From Mizuhopecten yessoensis (taxonomy: Eukaryota), in assembly GCF_002113885.1 (NCBI RefSeq), contig NW_018407272.1, positions 74,273 through 138,272 of the forward strand: a DNA stretch of 64,000 bases. Reading direction: 5' to 3'. Below the pieces are notes generated by a model, which made no database searches, was not told the origin of the DNA, and was given only the letters and a program-made list of their open reading frames with translations. Positions 14,215-26,375 of the stretch are shown here, in pieces (positions within the stretch are counted from its first letter, which is position 1; each line of letters opens with the position of its first letter). Both the position numbers and the translations under genes were made by a program.

Positions 14215-17200
14215 TCCATGACACATAACATTAAAATTATCCCTAAATAGAGAATCAGCAACAAATATTAGGTTTATGAATATGCAGTTTATTATTTATG
14301 CCGATATTGTCAACACATGATTTTCATATTATATTGTCGCATAAACATTTTATGACGATTGATCATGGGTTACAACATTCACGAAAAAATATAAATGCGT
14401 GTTCATGAAATTATCGCCATTTTTTCGCACAAACACGTTCTTTAAAAGTGATAATTCTTTTAGTCTAATCGTTGCTGTTGTTCTTAACCCAACATTTATC
14501 TATTTTAAAACACTCTTCTTAAGAAGTATAACAAAACTTTAAACACAATTAGGTCATCACTTTCTTACTCTCTGTAAAGATATAACTTATGGCGCAAAAT
14601 AATTAATTTTCCTTGTTAAACAGTGTCGCCTTTTAGGTGTTTTTTTATATTGCTGGATACAATTTTTTGCGGGAAATTGTTCAAAATAGTAATTAGCACG
14701 TGATGACAAAACACATTTTTTTCACTATTGGTTTTATGTATCGTGCATATTTGTCTCAAAATGATTGTCCTATTTAGATATTAATTATAAACAAATAGTT
14801 CTATTAATTAAATGGCTAATTTCCTTAAATACGTTAGATATAACACCGAGAAGTCTCGCTCAAGGCTTAAATTAATATAACATATACAACGTTTCGAACT
14901 ATTTGAAATCATCACTTTAATTCTTAGTAAATTATTTCAATTGCTATTTTTTCTCAATTCAGATTGGATGCCAGGAATTGCACATTACTGTAGGTAAAAC
15001 CACGAATTCAGCCTAAACAGATCTCAACACTCAAATATTCCTCATTTAGAAGAAAATAGTTTTGTGATTTTGAATAGTGCCATGGTTAAGAAGTAACTAA
15101 TACAAAGTGTTGGACTTTTGTTAATCATCTAATACTGTTTCTGAATCAATCGCTCGAAACAATTTATGCAGAACCAGTGTGCGCTATTTGAGCTCTGTGA
15201 AATTGAAATGTAATTATTCAGCGAGTCAATTGTCGGTGGTGGTCAATTCTGGGGCCAATCAGGACGCGGTCAGTCAGCGATAAGCCTTAGTCAAGACGTC
15301 CGGAGAGATTTATGGTCAGTTCGCATGCTTCGGACCGCGACACTTATCAGGACACGGCGATATGGCTTGGACAATTTGTTCTAATTAAGTCCTTACTACC
15401 GGCTAACTACGATAATGTTTCGTCCTTTCAAGTCGCGCTGTCTTTAAACATCCCGGACGCAGATAGACGACCACTGGACACTATCAAGCGTGGTTTGAGT
15501 TATCGCCGGACCTCGACATGTGCAATATTTGGATAACAATGAACACGACCTCATCTGATATTATATCTATAAGAATTGAAAAGACTTTTTTCTGGATTGT
15601 GTTCAGAAAGCTTCAGAAGAAAACAGCCCAAACTCAATAGGCTATCCTCCATCGAATCTCAATCTAAAAAACACATCGCATAGCCGCAGCAACATTCAAC
15701 ATCAAACCTTCATCTGATCCTGATTCGAATTTCTACCGTCCGACCCGATCCACCCCAGCCTGGCCCGTACCCACACTCCTGCCAACCGATCCGACCCAAT
15801 TTGATTACTAAACTAGATCTGCCCCTGACCCTATCCCACCTATTCCCATTCCTGCTTTTTGTTCCGATCCCGACTCAATCCGATACTTCAAGCCGCCACC
15901 AAACCCTCCGTACCAACTCTGAATATAAACCCGGTAAAGAATAGAAAAGGTGTACCAATGTAGATGTGCTTTGGATACTAAATGAAAGTATGCATTACTG
16001 CCATATGAGGAAATATACTTAAGATTATGAGAGAATGAACCTATCGTGTGTATCGCACTCTAATTATTTTAATCTATCTATTTATTTATTTATTTATTTA
16101 TTTTCAATTTTGAATTGTTTCTTTTAATTAAAAAAGAGTGTTAACTTTAACGAGTTTTGAATATTTACTTAGTTGTATAAGACTTCTTTCCATCACATTT
16201 TTTTCCATGGCGTTATCGAGTGATCGATATTGTTAGATGTTAAAATTGGCTGATCGATATGAAAGAACCAATCAGCAATGTGTAGTACTCTATATCCAAG
16301 TTTTATTTGAAAACTTTAAAAAGTTTGCTAGCTATTGTTCGATTTTAATCCTTTCGAATGTTCGTTACGCGAAAAGCTTGTAAAAATTAAAAGACCACAC
16401 AATAGTACATCTTTGATAAATGTCTGTGAAGAAAATCTTCAAAGTCAATGGACGCCAATCTTCAAACCGAACGCTGCATATTTGACAATTTTATCCAATT
16501 AAAGTGATGGAAGATGTTAATATGCCGGTCGATGATCAGTTTTGTTTTATCTCCTTCGCTCAAAATTGACTTATTTCTGCCTACATGTAGGATGCAGCAT
16601 GGACATTTGTCACGTTCAAGGGTAAGGTTATGAGATGATAACTCCTGTTGACGGGAACAATGCAGGTTGCCAAGTGCAAGTCGGTGCAGGCTGTAAATAT
16701 TGTATAATCTACCCTACGTTATATTGCTATCATGATGCTTATATGTTTCAAGTGATGTTGTAGAAGTGGTAACGGGACGCCATTCTTCGTTTTGCACGGC
16801 ATATGATTGTCGGCTTGAGTTTTAGAGAAAATAATTAACATTAATGAAAAGTCTTGAGTCATATTTTCAACAAATTGAAAGTATATAATCGTACGCAGGG
16901 TGAACGTGTGAATGATTTCGTTTGCATGTACTTGTGCTCTATGCAACGTTAAAGGAGGACCGGCGCACTTGTCAATCGAACCGTAATAAACACGCGTTGC
17001 AAAATCTTTTTAATAACATTTATCTTTTACGTGATATCACTAACTGCTAAGTCGGCATAAGGAGACCGAAGAGAAACCTTAAACGCATTCCTATTAAAGC
17101 GATACTCGTGTATATGAAGATATCGTTTATAGTTTTAACAGCATTGCACTCGAATGAGTTCAGAATATATTCTATTCATGACTTCGTTTATAACTTCATT

Positions 17201-18677
17201 CGGTATATCTAAAAACTTGATTGGATTTTGTAAACAAGCGGAATGAAAATGTAATATAAACCCGTGCATACGAATCAGAAACCCCATAAAAGTCCTAATA
17301 TTTTGGAAACGATGATAAAATGATGAAAACTCAGGCAATGTCTTAAGAAAGGTTGAAACGTTTATGAGAATGTTTATGTGTGTGAAGTGCTAGGTAGACA
17401 TAGATAATAGAGCGCCGCCTGGTGGTCCGGACCGATCACGGACAGTGTTACCCAACCCCGAGTTGGCCACCCACCTGAGGTAACCGGATAGGTCACTTTA
17501 AAGGGTTAATTAGCCTGAAAATGGTATTATTATGTAGAAAAGAATAACACGACCAAAATTGTTTACAATAAATCAATTTTAACACGTGCAAATTTGTTAT
17601 AGTTTGTCTAAGTGATTTCTCTGACCTCTGCGCCACACAGAATACCAAGAGCCATCTACGATGCGAAAACGCCATTACGGGGCCAAATAAGTCATGATGA
17701 TTGTTTAAATGTCTAATTGAAGGTTGTTTCTTTATTTCTGACTTTTGACAGAGTTTTATTGAGTGGGCGTTACTGGGTCTCCCTATCATACATCACACAG
17801 GCTACTTACACAAACACCATGTGCTGCCGTGAGAATGCAGCAATGTACAACTACAAAAGTAATCTTATACAATCTCTCATTAAAACCTAATTAACTAATT
17901 AAAAGAACATTGTTTATGCTAATTCAGATTTAAATTTTGACGTACAAGACTTAGTCAGTTTCAAATTCACAGTTACATACAGTAGTAGTAATGTCTAGTC
18001 AAATAAAAAGAATCGTGTACCTTGTTCTAATGTCAATAAACAAAAACATGCAAAACGCTGGTTTCGTTTGATAATACCATAGGAGGATATGACTGGTGCC
18101 ATCAATGCACACCGTTTGCAGACCGTCTACGGGCCTTCGTCTATTTCTTGATATCAAAACCATATTTCTTGTTATGTAAATACATTTTAAACCCGTATGT
18201 TCTTAGCTTTGATCCCTTATGTAACTTGTAATATGTGGAACCCTTGTGGCACAGACAACGGAACATATCACCCCACAACCATACTGAACTGAATGATCCA
18301 GTACATTTAATGTCATTTTACAAAAACCAAGTTCTTAAAATTAAGAGAAAGATGCTTTAAAGATTTGTTTCAATGTTTCCCGAATTGGGCCCCGCCTTTT
18401 TGGTCATTGGATCCCAGTCTGCGTTTTTTTATGAACTGCGTTAAGTACAATACATACAAAAAATAAAATATTAATTTGTTAGAAGAAAACGTTATTTGCA
18501 ATAAAATCGAATAAGAAAGCAACACATGAACATAAGAAAGATTTACAGGGAGACCATTGATAAAGATAACGGAGAATAGGACAATGTGTTCTAATATAAT
18601 AGTGAGTGCGTTTTCTTCTTCATAGTCGACAGTCGCCATGGAAATAAAGACCGAATCTAAGTAAGGTCACGTCCTCA

Positions 18678-21600
18678 AAGTGTGAGGCAGGGTGGTGTCA
18701 GAAAAACAACAAAACACGCCAATAAGTGTGAGGCGGGATAGTGACAGGAAAACAACAAGACATGCCAATAAGTGTGAGGCGGGGGTAGTGACAGGAAAAC
18801 AACAAGACACGCCAATAATTGTGAGGCGGGGTAGTGACAGGAAAACAACAAGACACGTCAATAAGTGTGAGGCGGGGTAGTAACAGGCAAACAACAAGAC
18901 ACGCCAATAAGTGGGAGGCGGAGAAGTGACAGGAAAATAACAAGACACGCCAATAAGTGTGAGGCAGGGTAGTGATAGGAAAACAACAAGACACGCCAAT
19001 AATTGTGAGGCGGGGTAGTGACAGGAAAACAACGCCAATAAGTGTGAGGCCGGGGAGTGACAGAAAAACAACAAGACATGCCAATAAGTGTGAGGCAGGG
19101 AAGTGATAGGAAAACAACAAGACGCGCCAATAATTGTGAGGCGGGGAAGTGACAGGGAAAAAACAAGACACCCCAATAAGTGTGAGGCGGGGGGAGTGAC
19201 AGGAAAACAACAAGACTCGCCAATAATTGTGAGGCGGGGTAGTGACGGGAAAACAACAAAACACGCCAAAAAGTGTGAGGCGAGGTAGTGACAGGAAAAC
19301 AACTAGACACGTCAATAAGTGTGAGGCGGGGAAGTGACAGGGAAATAACAAGACACCCCAATAAGTGTGAGGCGGGGTAGTGGCAGGAGAACAAATCAAG
19401 CCAAAAAGTGTGAGGCAGGGTAGTGACAGGAAAACAACAAGACACGTCAATAAGTGTGAGGCGGGGTAGTGACAGGAAAATAACAAGACACGCCAATAAG
19501 TGTGAGGCGGAGAAGTGACAGGAAAATAAAAAGACACGCCAATAAGTGTGAGGCGGGGTAGAGACAGGAAAACAAGACACGCCAAAAAGTGTGAGGCGAG
19601 GTAGTGACAGGAAAACCACTAGACACGCCAATAAGTGTGAGGCGGGGAAATGACAGGAAAAAAACAAGACACGCCAATAAGTGTGAGGCGGAGAAGTGAC
19701 AGGAAAATAAAAAGACACGCCAATAAGTGTGAGGCGGGGTAGAGACAGGAAAACAAGACACGCCAAAAAGTGTGAGGCGAGGTAGTGACAGGAAAACCAC
19801 TAGACACGCCAATAAGTGTGAGGCGGGGAAGTGACACGATCATAACAAAACACGCCAATAAGTGTGAGGCGGGGTAGTAACAGGCAAACAACAAGACACG
19901 CCAATAAGTGTGAGGCGGGGTAGAGACAGGAAAACAAGACACGCCAAAAAGTGTGAGGCGAGGTAGTGACAGGAAAACCACTAGACACGCCAATAAGTGT
20001 GAGGCGGGGAAGTGACACGATCATAACAAAACACGCCAATAAGTGTGAGGCGGGGTAGTGGCAGGAGAACAAATCAAGCCAAAAAGTGGGAGGCAGGGTA
20101 GTGAAAGGAAAAACAACAAGACACGCCAATAAGTGTGAGGCGGGGTAGTGACAGAACAACAAATCAAGCCAATAAGTGTGAGGCGGGGTAGTGACAGGAA
20201 AACAACTAGACACGCCAATAAGTGTATGGCGGGGTAGTGACAGGAAAACAACAAAACACGCCAATAAGTGTGAGGCGTGGTAGTGACAGGAAAACAACAA
20301 GACACTCCAATAAGTGTGAGTCGGGGTAGTGACAGGAAAACAACAAGACACGTCAATAAGTGTGAGGCGGGGTAGTGAGACAGAACAACAAATCAAGCCA
20401 ATAAGAGTGAGGCGGGGGAGTGACAGGAAAACAACGCCAATAATTGTTAGGCGGGGTAGTGACAGGAAAACAACAAGACACGCCAATAAGTGTCAGGCAG
20501 GGTAGTTTCAGGAAAATAACAAAACACGCCAATAAGTGTGAGGCGGGGTAGTGACAGGAAAACAACGCCAATAAGTGTGAGGCCGGGTAGTGACAGAAAA
20601 ACAACAAGACACGCCAATAAGTGTGAGGCGGAGAAGTGACAGGAAAATAACAAGACACGCCAATAAGTGTGAGGCGGGGTAGTGACAGGAAAACAACAAG
20701 ACACGCCAATAAGTGTGAGGCAGGGTAGTGACAGGAAAACAACAAGACACGCCAATAAGTGTATGGCGGGGAAGTGACAGGGAAATAACAAGACACGCCA
20801 ATAAGTGTGAGGCGGGGTAGTGGCAGGAGAACAACAAGACACGCCAATAAGTGTGAGGCGGGGTAGTGACAGGAAAACAACAAGACACGCCAATAAGTGT
20901 GAGGCGGGGTAGTGACAGGAAAACAACAAGACACGCCAATAAGTGTGAGGCGGGGTAGTGACAGGAAAACAACAAGACACGCCAATAAGTGTGAGGCGGG
21001 GTAGAGACAGGAAAACAACAAGACACGCCAATAAGTGTGAGGCGGGGTAGTGACAGGAAAACAACAAGACACGCCAATAAGTGTGAGGCGGGGTAGAGAC
21101 AGGAAAACAACAAGACACGCCAATAAGTGTGAGGCGGGGTAGTGACAGGAAAACAACAAGACACGCCAATAAGTGTGAGGCGGGGTAGTGACAGGAAAAC
21201 AACAAGACACGCCAATAAGTGTGAGGCGGGGTAGTGACAGGAAAACAACAAGACACGCCAATAAGTGTGAGGCGGGGTAGTGACAGGAAAACAACAAGAC
21301 ACGCCAATAAGTGTGAGGCGGGGTAGTGACAGGAAAACAACAAGACACGCCAATAAGTGTGAGGCGGGGTAGTGACAGGAAAACAACAAGACACGCCAAT
21401 AAGTGTGAGGCGGGGTAGTGACAGGAAAACAACAAGACACGCCAATAAGTGTGAGGCGGGGTAGTGACAGGAAAACAACAAGACACGCCAATAAGTGTGA
21501 GGCGGGGTAGTGACAGGAAAACAACAAGACACGCCAATAAGTGTGAGGCGGGGTAGTGACAGGAAAACAACAAGACACGCCAATAAGTGTGAGGCGGGGT

Positions 21601-22462
21601 AGTGACAGGAAAACAACAAGACACGCCAATAAGTGTGAGGCGGGGTAGTGACAGGAAAACAACAAGACACGCCAATAAGTGTGAGGCGGGGTAGTGACAG
21701 GAAAACAACAAGACACGCCAATAAGTGTGAGGCGGGGTAGTGACAGGAAAACAACAAGACACGCCAATAAGTGTGAGGCGGGGTAGTGACAGGAAAACAA
21801 CAAGACACGCCAATAAGTGTGAGGCGGGGTAGTGACAGGAAAACAACAAGACACGCCAATAAGTGTGAGGCGGGGTAGTGACAGGAAAACAACAAGACAC
21901 GCCAATAAGTGTGAGGCGGGGTAGTGACAGGAAAACAACAAGACACGCCAATAAGTGTGAGGCGGGGTAGTGACAGGAAAACAACAAGACACGCCAATAA
22001 GTGTGAGGCGGGGTAGTGACAGGAAAACAACAAGACACGCCAATAAGTGTGAGGCGGGGTAGTGACAGGAAAACAACAAGACACGCCAATAAGTGTGAGG
22101 CGGGGTAGTGACAGGAAAACAACAAGACACGCCAATAAGTGTGAGGCGGGGTAGTGACAGGAAAACAACAAGACACGCCAATAAGTGTGAGGCGGGGTAG
22201 TGACAGGAAAACAACAAGACACGCCAATAAGTGTGAGGCGGGGTAGTGACAGGAAAACAACAAGACACGCCAATAAGTGTGAGGCGGGGTAGTGACAGGA
22301 AAACAACAAGACACGCCAATAAGTGCGAGGTTGGGAAGTGACAGGAAAACAACAAGACACGCCAATAAGTGTGAGGCGGGGTAGTGACGGGAAATCAACA
22401 AGACAAGCCAAAAAGTGTGAGGCGGGGTAGTGACAGGAAAACAACAAGACATGCCAATAAGC
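18678..22462. repeat. 46-bp tandem satellite, about 83 copies (AATAAGTGTGAGGCGGGGTAGTGACAGGAAAACAACAAGACACGCC)
   Basis: Period of 46 read directly; diverged left part and near-identical right part; explains all ORFs in 18667-22464. Confidence 0.97.
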
Positions 22463-22758
22463 ATAGTCAGAAACTCATTTCATTAGGATAATGACGACGC
22501 CCATAAAACCTATATAAAATCATCATTTTCACGCATTTCTTGAAACGCTGTATTGTAAATTTGTCTATTGACATCTGAAATTAATCACAGAAACTATGGC
22601 ATTCTCAAGCGAACCCGTAAAGATCTAAAATGAAAAGTCATTTGCCTACGCCTCACGTTCACTAACACTCGTTAAACCCTGCCGAATAGGAACAATGAGT
22701 CTTATTGTAACGGGTACCATTACAGAAGAAGGAAAGTACATACGAAGGTTCCATGTTA

Positions 22759-23130
22759 TATTACTACTGAGGAAATGAAACTTTACAGTCGTGAATTTAA
22801 CTTTGTCATGTTTGTCTTGGAGTTATATCTACTGTTCGACACAACAATTTACTGTGTATAAACACTCGTGGATTCGGAGGTTGCAATGGAACCATGAAAT
22901 AAATAAAATGCACTTAATTGATATATTTAGCGATGTTTTTTATGGGGCATTCACGAAATTTGTAATAGGCAACTACATTTTATCTTTTATCTGAATTGTT
23001 TCAAACCACGGAGGAAAGGACTCAAGAACATTTCATGTTATAAAGTATACACAGGGAAGGCTAGTATGTTACTACCGAGGAAATGAAACTTGCAAGTCGT
23101 GAAATTAATTTGTCAGGTTTGTCTTGGGGT
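22759..23130 (+). repeat. Local direct duplication of about 65 bp (22759-22824 and 23067-23130)
   Basis: TTACTAC.GAGGAAATGAAACTT...AGTCGTGAA.TTAA.TTTGTCA.GTTTGTCTTGG.GTT occurs twice. Confidence 0.75.
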
Positions 23131-26100
23131 TTAGTAGCCAGGTGAATATTTGGGTCAAACTGCAGGTGATTGTCAGGATATGACTCTTGACTCGTAATAT
23201 GAACAGAGAAAAAAACTGTATTTGTTGAAAAAAATAACAACTGCGACCTCATGATTTGTCTTATTTATCTTTATTTTTGCGTTAATCCTATTATATATAT
23301 ATACTATATAATATTCCCAAAGGGAAATAATTTCCTGGATAATACATGTATACGTGTATAATTTCATATTTCCACTACAAACAACTAAAATGGCGTCAAT
23401 TATATTGCAAATTCATTGTAACCACGGTAATCTCATTTATGCGATTAGGTGCAGGGATTCCTTAGACTTAAACATTTCAAAAATATCATAACGAAATGAT
23501 TTCAAATAAAAACACAACAAACTGACTGATCGAACCGGGTCAAAACGCGGAAGTAACCAGTGTCAAACGTATATTGGTTCATACAAAACAAATGCTTCTA
23601 TTGTCTCCTAAAACTTGTCTCTCTCATGTTTCTTTATTAATTATCTTGACTTCCAGAACAAATTTATCTTATTTTATTAATAATATAAATATAAAAATAT
23701 TTCATTTTTAATTGAAAAATTAAATGTGCACGTAATTTTTGTTTTTTTATCTTGTTTGAAAAACAAAATTTCTGAAATAGGAACAATATGATTTGACACA
23801 CATTCCTTTTCATATTTGGCTCGTATAGCATTTTACACCGTTCGGCGGCAACTGCAAGGTACAATAGATCCGGACTAGGTATATCATTAGAATACATACT
23901 GATATCAAGTTTAAGTATACATGTAATTTTCATTATAAAATAATCAGTATCAGTGCATTTATGTAAGTCAATAAACATTGTAAGAATTAGTACCCTTGAT
24001 GAATAGTAACTGTACAGTATACCCCCTTTTTATCAGTTATTAGATTTGTAAAAATAAATATGTGTCGAGAGTGTGTTACGAAATTGGAAATAAGTGATTT
24101 GTAAAAAAATCAACAAGACCTGTAATATGTATTAAAAGAGATTAGAACATCAAGTGTAAATAAGATGTCATCTAAACTCAGCATATTCGCGCGAGTGGGC
24201 GTGTCCGTTAAATACACCTTAAATTATCAATGTAAACACGGTAACTATGACAACAATTTCGGTTCAACGTAATTGTGTAAATTAACATCACAATAATTAT
24301 AGAAAAATATTGATACATATTACTTTGAATAACGCTTTTAACAGTAAAGCACATCGATCATAAGTAAGGTATACCATTGTGTAACATCAACAATTATACC
24401 CCGTTAATGGCTGTGTAAATGGAATTCATTATACTGAAATACTAAAAGCAGTATTCCGTGTTGAAAATAATCAATTCATCTTATACAATACAAAATCGTA
24501 TAATGTTCTCAATACGCGTCAAAATCTATGGATTAACCATTATGAACACTAAATCAATAATTCTGATACATACATTTTCTATAATCCATGAATTCCTACT
24601 AGAACTATATAGATACTCTCACAAGCTGTCAGTTATCGGCTGTCAGAGGATAACAAAATACACAACCAATAATCATAGGAGTTATAACACTCTCTTAATT
24701 AACATACAATATATGATGATTGCCCTTGTGCTAAAATTTCAATATCCAATCCCAAGAAGTTGTACGTATGAAAAACTGCATGATAATTTATAAGCAGTAT
24801 AATATATTTTTTTTCTCCTTTTTCTCAGCAGAAATGCATTCAAAGTTTTGGAAAATATATGTTTAACAAAGAACATTACCACTTTCGGAAATTATATGTA
24901 TCGCATAGGGAAATACAAAAAAACTTCCAGAAACTTCAAACTTACGGATTTTTTAACATAACACAGAGAGGGCACTACAACAAAACTGCCGAAAATCCTT
25001 TTAATATAACATGGCGGTCTACCGTCAATCTTCCAAAACGAGAAAGTGGTTTGGAAATCGTGGATTACAAAAGATAAATACATCTCTACGTCTTCATTGT
25101 TTGAATTGTCATGAGCACTGCATCAAAATCAAAGACAACGCTCATAAGCCAGCTTGAGAACACAAGGTATGTGGAATTCTTATTAAGTCTCTAGAAACAT
25201 TACTTTTACAAAATATTATTCATAATGCCATCTTTTGAAATGTTTTACTTATACCTAACACAAATATATTTATATCAAAATCAGCAAAGATTACATAAAT
25301 GACTGCGACAAAAATAATTATAACCAATCAAGATATTCATTTTAAATATTATACTGCGTATAGGGATGACTAGATATTTCAGTTGGTACACCGTCACCAT
25401 TCCAACAGCATCCACGGGATACCATTGGTATATGTATACATATATGTGCTCCAACTACTTGTAAAAGTACATCAGAAATCTTTGGCCCCGTGTCGTTCTT
25501 TTGCGTTTGGTGTTTCACATTAATAACATTCGGACTCTATGGGTTTCTTATAATATTAACATCGAATAAAACATCGGAGGTGACTTTAACGAGACACAAA
25601 ACAAACGTTCAACGCTTGAACAAATTATCAACATAGCGATTACATATTGCCGTTTGGAAGACACTTTTCTTGATTATGAAATAAATAGGTGATAAAATAG
25701 TTGTTTTACCTGATAAAAAATGCAAATTGAACATGTTATAAAATTGTATAATTATAATCACATCTTTATACCTCACGTACATGTCACACGTTACAGTCCA
25801 AAAGTAGTTAATGCTGATGCAACAACTGTTTCATCGACAATTTTACATATCTTTATAAAAATTCCTCAAAATAATTAATGAAATCATTTTTCCCCTTCTC
25901 TGCATAGCATTAGGAACAATCTTTGAAATTACACACTCTCAAAATTTAAGCTGAAACTGAAACTGTTTCAAATGTGTTGCAAAAGCACTCGGTAATCAAC
26001 AATGAGCAAGAATCAACTGTATAGTGTCCACCTCTCCTGTAAAACGATATGAACAAACGCGTTCAATTGGCACTAGGAAAACTCGGAATCATCAGATCAT

Positions 26101-26297
26101 GTATTTTTACAGTCATTATTACAAAATATTAAGGTGCGTCAGCTTGGATAAAATAATTAAGGTGCAAAATCAAATACATTTTTATAAATTCAATACATTA
26201 AACCATATATAAACTAGTTTGCCGAGATTTCGAGCGATCGTCGTATGAGGTATGTATATGGCACATTGGAGGTGGACAGTGGTCAGTAACTAGGTTA

Positions 26298-26375
26298 CTA
26301 AAGGCCTTTGTTGTATGACAAGATCGACTCTGACGTCTTGGTCTGGAATTCTGGTTCCAAGTCTGCTACGGAAAT
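26298..26375 (-). CDS. SFXN5: SFXN5 exon 12, terminal ([25 protein letters not shown])
   Basis: CTGCAG| acceptor; LEPE and NKGL-stop signature. Confidence 0.95.
   Translation of the reverse strand: MSVADLEPEFQTKTSESILSYNKGL

Noticed and set aside
18678-22462. CRISPR-like appearance of the array
   Set aside because: Units are head-to-tail with no unique spacers, there are no cas genes, and the context is eukaryotic.
18667-22464. Long - strand ORFs up to 703 aa in all three frames
   Set aside because: The 46-bp consensus unit has no stop codon on that strand, so all frames give the same 46-aa repeat; this is a satellite artefact.
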